From assembly GCA_963676915.2 (NCBI GenBank), contig CAXXVK010000013.1:1-64000 (forward strand): a stretch of 64,000 nucleotides of DNA. Direction: 5' to 3'. The notes under the pieces were generated by a model that did no database searches, was not told the DNA's origin, and saw nothing but the letters and a program-made list of their open reading frames with translations. This document shows positions 18,938 through 28,697 of the stretch, one piece after another (the stretch's first letter is position 1; every line of letters starts with the position of its first letter). A program made the translations under genes and the position numbers. Source of the stretch: Myxococcota bacterium (GTDB lineage Bacteria > Myxococcota_A > SURF-8 > G963663525).

Positions 18938-21931
18938 ATGATGGATAACGATCTGAAAGTTTTATTCATTGATGACTCTGAAGGCGACGTTCTTCTTTTA
19001 GTTCGGGAACTGAAAAAGAACGAATTTAACGTTGAGTGGAAGCGCGTGGAAAATCGAGAAGATCTGCTTCACGCATTGGAAAGCAAAGAATGGAACCTAA
19101 TCGTTATCGACTATGTGATCCCCGGATTCAGCGGAGAGGAAGCTCTTAAAATATGCGTGAAGATGACATCATTCATCCCGATCATCTCAACGAGCGGCGT
19201 GGTTCAGGATGAAACGATTGTCGAGACATTAAGAAACGGGTCATACGATTACGTGCTGAAGTCCAATCTTCATCGGTTCGTGAGTTCTGTCCGACGCGCC
19301 ATAGAAGATGCAGAAACACGCGAACGCAACGCATGGCACGAGGCTGAAAACAAGCGATTGAATCGCGAACTGGCCTTGAAATACGAGATTGCCGATATAT
19401 GCCTGACCGTATCGGATAAAGGTATGTACCAAAAAGTTCTCGATGTCGTTCTGCGTGAGTTTGAAAGTCCTTGCGGCATTTTCGGCTATGTCAACGACCA
19501 GAACAAACTGGTGTGTCCTGCCGTCATGATCGACGCGGAGGGGCAATATCAGGAACCTGACAAAGAAGAGGTTGTCTTTCCGGAAAATCTTTGGCGCGAG
19601 ATTGCGGATAACGCACGTAAAAACAGCGAAACGACTTTTGAAAATATGTCATTTCCCTTTCCGGGAATTTGTGTTCCGATCAAAAATTTGTTGAGTACAC
19701 AAATAAGATATAACAATCGAATCATCGGCGTGATCATGGTGGCGAACAAACATGGTTCGTACTCGAAAGCCGATGCACAGTTGCTTGAGACCGTCGCCAA
19801 TCAAATTTCTCCAGTTCTGAATTCGAGATTGGAAACGAGCAGAGAGCTGTTTCTTAGAAGAAAAGCGGAAGAAGAGCGCGATAACTTATTCAAAGAAACC
19901 CTTCAAAAAGCGGAAGAAACGAGTCAATTGCTCGCGGGAGCCAAGGCTGTTTTGGAAGACGATGATTTTACGGTCACCGCCCGACGCCTTTTCAACGCCA
20001 GTTGCCAGGCGACGAGAGCCACTTCGGGTTACGTAGCATTGTTGAGTAGCGGCGGCCAGGAAAATGAAGTGCTGTTTCTGGAGGCGGGCGGCTTGTCCTG
20101 CTCCGTCAATCCTGATCTTCCCATGCCCATACGAGGCTTGCGAGGAGAAGCGTATAAGCTTGGAAAAGCCGTTTTCCATAACGATTTTCATAATAGTGAA
20201 TGGGCAGAATTTCTCCCGGAAGGTCACGTAAGGCTCAAAAACGTTCTGTTCTCCCCCCTCAACATTGGCGATAAAACTGTCGGCATCATGGGCTTGGCCA
20301 ACAAGCCCACGGATTTTACGGAAGAGGATCTCCGTATTGCCGAAGGTTTTGGCGAACTCGCCGCAATCGCCTTGAAGAACAGCCGTACATACGAAGCCAT
20401 GCAAAACAGTGAAGAATTGCACCGCCTTCTGGCAGACAACACGATTGATGTCATCTGGAAGATGGATTTGAGTGGTACTTTCACGTATGTAAATCCGGCG
20501 ATTGAAAATTTAATGGGCTATACGCCTGAAGAGTGGATCGGCACCAATTTGAGAGATCATACTGATAAGCCGAATATGAAAATAATGCAGGGTGCAATGC
20601 GAAAAAAACAATTCATGCATCCTAACGGTCCCGGGATTACCTTCCAAGCGGAATTGCTCGATAAAAATCGCCGTCCCGTTCCAATTGAAACATCTGGAAA
20701 GATTCTTGTGAATGGTGAAGGAAAACCTACCGGCTACCAGGGCGTGACCCGTGATATTACGGAGCGAAAAAAAGTTGAAAAGCAATTAATCGAATATCAC
20801 GAACAATTAGAGAAGAAAGTGGAAGATCGCACCGCCGATTTGCGAATGGCACTTTTCGAAACCGAACAGGCGCGTGATCGCATCGACACGATCCTAAAAT
20901 CCGTTGCGGACGGTCTTATCGTGACGGACAAACATAATCACGTCATTCTCATGAATCGAGCGGCGGAAGATATCTTAAACATCCGTCTCAGCGAAGTTGT
21001 CAATCGATCGATTGAGCTTTCTATCAAGGATGCCACGTTACGTGAAAAAATCATGTATACACTGGGCAAACAGCTGACGGGTTATGAATTTGACTTCACA
21101 GTTGCCGACCCTGATCGCAGTGGTCAACGCACCATACGTGCAAGGACATCCGTGGTGCCGGATCGGCAGGAAGGTATCAGCGGTATCGTCACCATACTTC
21201 AGGACGTCACCCGAGAGCGAGAAATTGACCGCATGAAAACGGAATTCATCTCTACGGCAGCCCACGAACTTCGCACGCCGCTGACATCCATTCAGGGTTT
21301 TTCAGAGATCCTTCTCATCAGGGACAATATTGACGAAGAAAACAGAAAAAAATACCTCGAGTACATCAACAAGCAATCCGTTGGACTGGCGAACATCATC
21401 AGCGACCTTTTGGATATCTCTCGAATCGAATCTGGAATAGGGTTCGCGTTGCAAAAAAAACTCTGCGATGGCAAGCAGATTATCGAAGCTATTTTGCCAC
21501 ATTTTAAGGAACTGAGTAAAAAACACGTTTTTATTAAAGAATTATATGACAAGCCGATCAAGTTGCATGTAGATCACGAAAAGATGGAACAAGTCTTGAC
21601 AAATTTATTGAGTAATTCCATTAAGTATTCGCCAAAAGGTGGTACAATCAAGATAAGAACTGGAGTTGAAGAATCGAAAAATAAAAAGAAAGCCACTCGT
21701 TTTTTCATTTCCGTGCAAGACGAAGGGATGGGAATGACTCAGGCGCAAGTGGAGCGCATCTTCGACAAATTTTACCGTGCCGATGCTTCGAACACGGCGA
21801 TTGAAGGAACGGGGCTTGGCATGAGCATTGTCAAGCACATCGTTGATGCTCATGAAGGTAGCATCGATATTTCCAGCCAGAAAGGAAAAGGAACCACGGT
21901 TACTATTTTACTGCCTTTGAACGGGGATTGA
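18938..21931 (+). CDS. REC-GAF-GAF-PAS-PAS histidine kinase
   Basis: N-terminal receiver; two GAF domains (VANK, LANK); PAS; AHELRTP; SNSIKY; GTGLG. Confidence 0.92.
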   Translation: MMDNDLKVLFIDDSEGDVLLLVRELKKNEFNVEWKRVENREDLLHALESKEWNLIVIDYVIPGFSGEEALKICVKMTSFIPIISTSGVVQDETIVETLRNGSYDYVLKSNLHRFVSSVRRAIEDAETRERNAWHEAENKRLNRELALKYEIADICLTVSDKGMYQKVLDVVLREFESPCGIFGYVNDQNKLVCPAVMIDAEGQYQEPDKEEVVFPENLWREIADNARKNSETTFENMSFPFPGICVPIKNLLSTQIRYNNRIIGVIMVANKHGSYSKADAQLLETVANQISPVLNSRLETSRELFLRRKAEEERDNLFKETLQKAEETSQLLAGAKAVLEDDDFTVTARRLFNASCQATRATSGYVALLSSGGQENEVLFLEAGGLSCSVNPDLPMPIRGLRGEAYKLGKAVFHNDFHNSEWAEFLPEGHVRLKNVLFSPLNIGDKTVGIMGLANKPTDFTEEDLRIAEGFGELAAIALKNSRTYEAMQNSEELHRLLADNTIDVIWKMDLSGTFTYVNPAIENLMGYTPEEWIGTNLRDHTDKPNMKIMQGAMRKKQFMHPNGPGITFQAELLDKNRRPVPIETSGKILVNGEGKPTGYQGVTRDITERKKVEKQLIEYHEQLEKKVEDRTADLRMALFETEQARDRIDTILKSVADGLIVTDKHNHVILMNRAAEDILNIRLSEVVNRSIELSIKDATLREKIMYTLGKQLTGYEFDFTVADPDRSGQRTIRARTSVVPDRQEGISGIVTILQDVTREREIDRMKTEFISTAAHELRTPLTSIQGFSEILLIRDNIDEENRKKYLEYINKQSVGLANIISDLLDISRIESGIGFALQKKLCDGKQIIEAILPHFKELSKKHVFIKELYDKPIKLHVDHEKMEQVLTNLLSNSIKYSPKGGTIKIRTGVEESKNKKKATRFFISVQDEGMGMTQAQVERIFDKFYRADASNTAIEGTGLGMSIVKHIVDAHEGSIDISSQKGKGTTVTILLPLNGD

Positions 21932-21954
21932 TCTCTTAGTATGTATGGAGCCTT

Positions 21955-22326
21955 TTGATGAAAACCGTATTGATTGTTGACGACCAGCCGGAAGTTCGCG
22001 AACTCGTCAAAGTTACTTTGAGCATTGAGGATTTCAACATGCTTGAAGCAACCAGCGGTGACGAAGCCGTGCGTTCGGCACGAGTGAACAAGCCCGATTT
22101 GGTAATCATGGATTTGATGATGCCTGGAAATATCGATGGCTTGCAGGCAACGAAGCTTATCAAGGAAGATATCCGTTTGAGCACGTGCAAAGTAATCATC
22201 CTGACGGCGCGAAACCAGAAAGGCGATGAAGAAGAATTCGTCAAGTCAGGTGCTGACGACTATTTCTTCAAACCTTTCAGTCCGCTGGAACTTATCAATA
22301 AAGTCGATGAGATATTGGAGAAATGA
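21955..22326 (+). CDS. Single-domain response regulator
   Basis: IVDD, PDLVIMDLMMP, LTA, FKPF. Confidence 0.92.
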   Translation: MMKTVLIVDDQPEVRELVKVTLSIEDFNMLEATSGDEAVRSARVNKPDLVIMDLMMPGNIDGLQATKLIKEDIRLSTCKVIILTARNQKGDEEEFVKSGADDYFFKPFSPLELINKVDEILEK

Positions 22327-22385
22327 AAAAAATTTACTAACTCCCGATGGTGCGTGAATAGGGCCATCGGAATGAAGAAAACGAT

Positions 22386-23501
22386 ATGACTGCCAACGAA
22401 ACAAGACCGAAAAAAGATCTCTTATGGGTTGTTAACCTGGAAAAGGCTTCACGTGAAGAAATCACCGAGTATCTCAAAATACAGGGCTATCGAGTCGTGG
22501 AGATTTCTGACTGTACGAGCTTGATCGACAAGCTCGCTACAAACATTCCGGATGCGATCATTTTCGGGTTGGACGACTCGGAAAAAGAAGGATTGAAAAT
22601 CTGCCGGACCATTAAAGGGAATCCGGAAACGTCAAGGATTCCAGTGGTATTCATTACATCATCGACGGACCGGAACCTTCGTCTCAAAGCAGCGGTTTCC
22701 GGTGCAAACGATACCATCGTCAAACCGTTGGATTTACAATACCTCGTTTTACGTGTGCGCAATGCGGTGAATATCAAAAAATTATACGATGAACTGCGCG
22801 AAAGCTACCGTAGGTTGCAGGAATTGGAAGCTTTGAAACAATCACTGGTGCAAATGATCGTCCACGATTTTCGTACTCCACTGCAAACGACATCTATGGC
22901 GCTTGAAATGGCTCGTGCCAATTGGGTGCCGGAAGAAAAAAGGCCTGAGTACATCATGCAGGCTGAAAAAAGCAACGACCAGATCCTGCACCTCGTGAAC
23001 GATCTTCTGGATGTGGGAAAAATGGAGGAAGGGAAAATGACCTTGGTGAAATCCGAGGTCGATCTTGGCCAAATCGTTGAAAAAATCGGTTTTTCTTTGT
23101 CCATGCTGGCTCGAAAAAAGAACATTGATCTTGAGATTCATACGCAACCTGTACGTATCGATGCCGAGGAAAAGCTGATCGAACGGGTGATTGAAAACCT
23201 GTTGACCAATGCCGTGAAATACACTCCTGAAGATGGTTCGGTCGCTGTCAGGGTGTACGAAAAGGACGGTCGTGCTCACTTCGAAGTGCAGGATACCGGA
23301 GACGGCATTGCAGAAGAAGACAAGCAGACGATTTTCGAAAAATTCGGCCAGGTGAAAGCGCGCCAAAAACATCGTAAATATTCCACGGGGCTGGGGTTGA
23401 CATTTTGCAAGATGGTTGTCGAGGAGCACGGAGGCATCATTGGTGTCGAGAGCCAAATAGGTCATGGAAGTTTGTTTTGGTTCGACTTGGACTGTGTATA
23501 G
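22386..23501 (+). CDS. Hybrid histidine kinase with degenerate N-terminal receiver
   Basis: VHDFRTP, TNAVKY, DTGDG, STGLGL; receiver reads WVVNLE and PDAIIFG. Confidence 0.88.
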   Translation: MTANETRPKKDLLWVVNLEKASREEITEYLKIQGYRVVEISDCTSLIDKLATNIPDAIIFGLDDSEKEGLKICRTIKGNPETSRIPVVFITSSTDRNLRLKAAVSGANDTIVKPLDLQYLVLRVRNAVNIKKLYDELRESYRRLQELEALKQSLVQMIVHDFRTPLQTTSMALEMARANWVPEEKRPEYIMQAEKSNDQILHLVNDLLDVGKMEEGKMTLVKSEVDLGQIVEKIGFSLSMLARKKNIDLEIHTQPVRIDAEEKLIERVIENLLTNAVKYTPEDGSVAVRVYEKDGRAHFEVQDTGDGIAEEDKQTIFEKFGQVKARQKHRKYSTGLGLTFCKMVVEEHGGIIGVESQIGHGSLFWFDLDCV

Positions 23502-23578
23502 TATAGTAGCTCTATAGATATCGATTTTCGAGTGCGCCGACGAGAAACTTCAACCCTGCGAAATCAAAGGGGATAAAA

Positions 23579-25570
23579 ATGCTGAACGAAGTACCCATTC
23601 AAAAACTGATAGATGTTTTCCACGACAGCGTGTTGTTGATCGGTCCTCAAGGAGTCATCAAGGGGGTCAATCGTCAATTCTGTCAACTTACGGGAATGAG
23701 CAAGGAAAGTCTGATCGACACAACCCCGGATTATGCTTTCATTCCCGAAGATCAACGTAGCCATCTGTATCGATGGATGGGTGAAATAGACAAACTTCGT
23801 TGGGCTATCAACATTGATATCGTTAACGCCGACGGGGTACGGATTCCCGTGCGTTTCGAACCGAACCGGCTGGTATCCGGCGATGACGGAAATCTGTTGG
23901 CTGTACTGATTTTCGACAAAACACAAGTCGAAGAGCGTCATTTCCAACATGCCTTCACTTGTTTTTCCGATGCCACCTCTATGGCTCTTGTCACAACCTC
24001 GGTCGGTGGAATCATCCGAACCTGGAACCCTGCGGCAGAAGCGATGTACAAGCTTTCCCAGTCGGAAGCGGTCGGTACTTCGATCCGATGTATTTTTCCC
24101 GTAGAGCGTGCAATGGAGGTTTCCACGTTGATGGAGGAGGTCTTTTCCAGTGGAAACTCTGCGACTCGCGAGATTACCAATCAGAGCAGCAAAGGGCGTC
24201 TTTTTCCGGTGGAAATGACCATAGCGCCCATGAAAAATGCTCAGGGCAAGATTTTTGGTGCCGTGTTCAGCATTCAAGACAAGAGCCGTGAGACTGCTGA
24301 TGAGTTGATCCTTAAACGGTATGAGCAGGAAATCGTGAAAAACCTGCGTTTCAATGCCCTGGGCCGTTTTCTCAAGGGAATCGTTTCTTATAGCAACAAC
24401 GTACTTAAAGCGCTTGATGTACAACTTGGCGAAGTACGCAATCTGATGCCGCAGGATCTTGGCACGAACCCAAAGTTCGACAACCTCCGATCTGTTTTGA
24501 ATCGTCTTCACGATGCCAATGAGCGTCTGTTGGAGTTGTCTTCAAGCCCGGCGGATGTTCTGCCGAAAAAAGGACTCACGTTCGATGCTGCCGAGACGGT
24601 TGGAAAAGTCCTCGATCTGTGCAAGTACACGTTTCCTTCAAACGTGTCGGTACTTGAACACATCGCGCCAGGACGGGTACAATTGGAAATATCGGATGCT
24701 TCTTTTTCCGAGATTTTGATGCAGGTATTGTCCGCAACCCAGGAATCCTTAACCTTCGGTGGTGTTATCAAACTCGGTCTGGATCAAATTCGCATAGATA
24801 AAGGAGAAAAAATCCTGCAAATTCATCCAGAGTTGAAACCGGGTCTATATGCACAATTGAATATCGAGGATGACGGCGAAGGTTTTGTCGAAGAGCTCCA
24901 CCACAAAACTCTTGAAGAAATCGTGCTGAATCTTGGATGGAATAACAGAAGATTGACGGAACTTTTCTATCTGCAAAAGCGAATCCAAGAGCGTTTTAAG
25001 GGAATGTTGAGTGCCCGCATCGAGCCTGGAAAAGGGTTGGCTTTGCAGATTCTTTTACCCACCCTCGACATGCAACCTGCTTACTTGCCCAAGGAAGAAC
25101 TTGCTTATGAAAAATCCGAGGAAATGCCGCTGGATGTCTCTAAGCACATTTTGCTCGTAGATGACGAGGACGTGATTCTAGCGCTTGGGGAAACCGTGCT
25201 CACGTCGCTAGGATACCGTGTGAGCACTGCCCGCAATGGCGCTCAGGCCGTGGAGATATTTGAGTCCGATCACAGGGATATCGATCTTGTCATTATGGAT
25301 ATCGTCATGCCGAAAATGAACGGTCTCGATGCCATGCGGCGAATGAAAGAGATCAACGGAAAAATTCCTGTGTTGATCGCTACCGGGTACTCGGATATCG
25401 CTTCCCCGGAAAACGTGAAAAACGAGGGAGCGGCGCAACTGATTCTCAAGCCGTTCAAAGTGGACGACCTTTCGTTGCTCGTTCGTCAATTGCTTTCATC
25501 CGACAGCGGTGCGTCGGCAGAGATCAACGAAGAGTTCGCACCATTGAATTCTTCCACATGGAAAAAGTAA
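23579..25570 (+). CDS. PAS-PAS / degenerate (pseudo) histidine kinase / receiver protein
   Basis: Two PAS domains; H-box GRFLKGIVSYSNN lacks His; intact receiver LVDDE..DLVIMDIVMP..KPF. Confidence 0.85.
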   Translation: MLNEVPIQKLIDVFHDSVLLIGPQGVIKGVNRQFCQLTGMSKESLIDTTPDYAFIPEDQRSHLYRWMGEIDKLRWAINIDIVNADGVRIPVRFEPNRLVSGDDGNLLAVLIFDKTQVEERHFQHAFTCFSDATSMALVTTSVGGIIRTWNPAAEAMYKLSQSEAVGTSIRCIFPVERAMEVSTLMEEVFSSGNSATREITNQSSKGRLFPVEMTIAPMKNAQGKIFGAVFSIQDKSRETADELILKRYEQEIVKNLRFNALGRFLKGIVSYSNNVLKALDVQLGEVRNLMPQDLGTNPKFDNLRSVLNRLHDANERLLELSSSPADVLPKKGLTFDAAETVGKVLDLCKYTFPSNVSVLEHIAPGRVQLEISDASFSEILMQVLSATQESLTFGGVIKLGLDQIRIDKGEKILQIHPELKPGLYAQLNIEDDGEGFVEELHHKTLEEIVLNLGWNNRRLTELFYLQKRIQERFKGMLSARIEPGKGLALQILLPTLDMQPAYLPKEELAYEKSEEMPLDVSKHILLVDDEDVILALGETVLTSLGYRVSTARNGAQAVEIFESDHRDIDLVIMDIVMPKMNGLDAMRRMKEINGKIPVLIATGYSDIASPENVKNEGAAQLILKPFKVDDLSLLVRQLLSSDSGASAEINEEFAPLNSSTWKK

Positions 25571-25738
25571 CCTCGTTCTACCCGAAAACTTCATCTGGCA
25601 AAGATTTCGCGTAATGACCGATCTCTAACGGAAAAAAGTTTGCGGTAATTCGAGCGAAAATACAAAACGGAAACCGGACTGGGGTCCAACGTACCGGGTC
25701 TTTCCAATCAGGCATTCAGGCAACCAAGCGATAGCTGC

Positions 25739-25865
25739 GATGCATTTCATGACTGATAACGTATCGTAATCAAACGTCTTTTGCACAGCCTCCCGCCAGC
25801 CTTCGGATGCCGTGAGACTATGGCACTTAGACGGAGCAGGATTGCATCCTGCTCCGCACGTTTTG
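25739..25865 (+). repeat. Composite ~115-125 bp repeat, copy A, ending in hairpin CGGAGCAGGAT-TGC-ATCCTGCTCCG
   Basis: Aligns with copies at 27248-27371 and 28573-28685. Confidence 0.9.
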
Positions 25866-25920
25866 TCTTGAGAACGAACGTGCGACTGGGGATGTTATCC
25901 CTATTCATCGACAGTGTGTG

Positions 25921-26015
25921 GAGTTGGAGCGGCTGGAGCGCCGTCGGAGCACGGCCCAGGCGCTGGTTGTGCGGGCTCGTGTCATTCTGCTGGCGGCGCA
26001 AGGATTTGAAAACCG
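25921..26015 (+). pseudogene. IS630-family transposase N-terminal remnant
   Basis: Translates ELERLERRRSTAQALVVRARVILLAAQGFEN, typical of the IS630 HTH region; truncated. Confidence 0.65.
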
Positions 26016-26320
26016 GGAGAGCGCTTGGACCTACAATGCAGACCCGCTACGGATATAATCAATGCTTTATGCGGGACTGGCCACTAGGATGGAATTGCTT
26101 TGTCCAAAATGGTCCGCGACCGGTTGCATTTTCCATGTAGGCTTCCGGAAGCATTTCCACAATGGCTATTTCACAAGTTATTGAAATATCAAAGACTCTT
26201 GTTTTCCATTCAGGCGTTAACTGGATACGCACATCTTGCTTTCAAGGCTGTCATCGTGTATCGTGACAATATATGTTCGATGCCTGATCCACGGATTTTC
26301 ATACGCCATAGGGGGACACC

Positions 26321-27168
26321 ATGACAACCACCCGCACGAACTGTTGCATCATGATCGGCTTGTTGGTACTTGTCCTGCTGCCGTTGGGCTGCGGCGGAGA
26401 CGATAAAGGCGACCCGCCCGAGGATGCCTTCGACAGCCAGGGCGTTGATGGTGAGCTGGTTCAGAAGCCGTTCGTCAGCGTCAGCGGCTTCGATGAAGGT
26501 GAAATGACCACGGCCGAAAGCACGTTCACCCTTGAGGGGACGACGTTCTACTCTGACACCGTCATGGTGGGCGATGAGGAAGCCACACTCGGTGAGGAGA
26601 TCGAGGACGGTGTGTTTAGTTGGTCGATGGACGTGGAACTCAACGAAGGCACGAACAACCTGCAGATTCAGGCCACTACAGACGGTGGCCTGGAGAGCGA
26701 GCCCCTCGACGTGGTGGTCGTCTACGATCCGGATTACGTCCCGGACCCGCCGGAAAATTCGAATTGGGTATGTTGTCATGGTACGGATTTGTTGATTTGG
26801 ATTCAAAAAGATGAATATTACGACCCAGCGGGATCGAGACCGGACGAAATGCACGTGGACATCGTTTCCGAGTGGAGGGGAAATAGCGATCATTCTTTCA
26901 GTTCCAGTGCCGGCGAACTAAATCTCTTGTCTTCTCAAGCATATAGAGAAGTCAGACAAGCACAAAGCACCGAAACATATCGTATCGAGATTCACGCCTG
27001 GAAGAAGACGACGGATTCTGGACCGGTGCTAACGATGAAGTGGGAACAGGCTCGATTGAAACAACCATCCACTATGAAGTCGGTTGGTCAACCACTGAAG
27101 TGTTGGTAATGGATGTGGGAGGCAACACCTTTAAAGCTGCGTTGAGCCTTGTTTGCGAGGCTTGGTAA
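26321..27168 (+). CDS. Lipoprotein with Ig-like domain; apparent single-base frameshift near 27000
   Basis: PLGC lipobox; LNEGTNNLQIQA Ig-like strand; adding one G at TGG|AAG gives WEEDDGFWTGANDEVG, matching the paralog, with stop at 27166-27168. Confidence 0.75.
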
Positions 27169-27247
27169 GTAACAGAGAATAGGCAATTTCCATACGTTTA
27201 CATCACAATGAATCAAAAATAAGGGGGTATCATGACGTTTAAACGCA

Positions 27248-27371
27248 CGGGTGGCCGTGATGCGTTTCCTGACTGATAACGTGTCGTAATCAAACGTCTT
27301 TTGTACAGCTTCCCGCCATCCTTCGGATGCATTTAGAAGGAGCAGGATTGCATCCTGCTCCACACGTTTTG
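27248..27371 (+). repeat. Composite repeat, copy B
   Basis: Aligns with copies A and C; hairpin at 27339-27361. Confidence 0.9.
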
Positions 27372-27450
27372 CCTGGTAGATGGAGCACACAATTGCACTT
27401 CATCTTCATGTTTCTAATTTGATCCGATCTGCGGTTTTTAGTGAAACAAC

Positions 27451-28406
27451 CTAATTCATCGCCCCAAATTGTGTCCACTTCAATTCGTAAAAGACTTGAA
27501 GTTGGTCAAGATCGTTGTTTTCAAAGTATGCATATGGCATGTGGCTTAACGTGCCCGAATCGGGTGAACAGCAAGGCACTTCAGCGGAAGTCGTTACCGT
27601 ACCCAAATCATCGTCAGAACCGGTGAAAAAGCCGTCATCCTCTTCCCAAAAATGGATATAAAGTTGAACGGTGTGAGTGCCTGAACAGAAACAGGAAAAA
27701 GTTCGCGAAAGCACAACATATTCTATGTGACCCCGTCCACCACTGAATCCTCCGTTGAAAGGAAGGTCAGGTACAATAGATTCCCAATCCTCATCCACTT
27801 CCTTGATAGTACCCTCGTATCTCATTTCATCGGGAGAAACCGGAAGTTCATCATAACTTGCGCCTTGGATATATTTTATAGTATAGGTCGCCGTCATATA
27901 TTGGTCATCCTCAATCGACCAAAAAGGGTCGTCAAGCGGAATTACTTCGGGGACATAGTCAGGAAAGAGAGAATTTTCCGGCGGGTCCGGTTCGTAGTCA
28001 GTGTCATAGGTAACCGTGACCACGAACGGCTCGCTTTCCAGGGCGTCGTCGTCCACCCGCCTTGACCGTGAAGGTGTTTTCGCCTTCTACCAGTTCCAGT
28101 TCGATTTCCCAGGGAGAGAGGTCATCAATCCGTTTCTCACCCAGCTCTATGCTTTGATCATTCACTGACAGATCATCCGCATTGTAGGCAAAACCGGACA
28201 GAGTGTAGTTGTCCAGGGGGGGTGATGACGGTCAGGTCATCTGAAAGATTCAAAAGAATCACCTGGGGCCGACCTTCTTGATAATCATTCGGCGCTGTTT
28301 CAAAAGTCTCCTCGCCCGATTTGCCATCGTCACCGCAACCAAAGGGTAGCAGGATGAAAAGAGCGAGCATGAGAAAAATAAAGTGACATGAATGCTTGTG
28401 CGCCAT
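27451..28406 (-). pseudogene. Frameshifted paralog of the 26321 Ig-like lipoprotein
   Basis: PFGC lipobox fragment (28173-28406) and C-terminal fragment LESEPFVVTVTYDTDYEPDPPENS...FWEEDDGFFTGSDDDLG are in separate ORFs; G7 run near 28216-28222. Confidence 0.7.
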
Positions 28407-28572
28407 GGAGAGTTCCTTGGTATTGATAACTTTCGTCAAACGTCTGATTTTGTAACGTCAGTTGAAGTTACATTGCAACGACTATAGGGTGTGTTAGTTT
28501 TATTGTCAACGGAAATTTAACTGTGACAAATAAATATTCAATTATGAGTGTCATAGTCTCACGAACGGAGTT

Positions 28573-28685
28573 CGGGAGGCCGTGATGCATTTCATGACTG
28601 ATAACATGTCGTAATCAAACGTCTTTTGCATAGCCTCCCGCCAGCCTTCGGATGCATTTCGATGGAGCAGGATTGCATCCTGCTC
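28573..28685 (+). repeat. Composite repeat, copy C
   Basis: Aligns with copies A and B; internal IR CGGGAGGC/GCCTCCCG; hairpin at 28664-28685. Confidence 0.9.
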
Positions 28686-28697
28686 AGTCTGAAGTAC

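Noticed and set aside
23564-24511. 315-aa minus-strand ORF
   Set aside because: Antisense to the PAS pseudo-kinase; no motifs
25739-28685. Possible CRISPR array or integron attC array
   Set aside because: Units are over 100 bp with kb-scale gene-containing spacing; no cas or intI gene; no RYYYAAC/GTTRRRY ends; intervening genes are in mixed orientation
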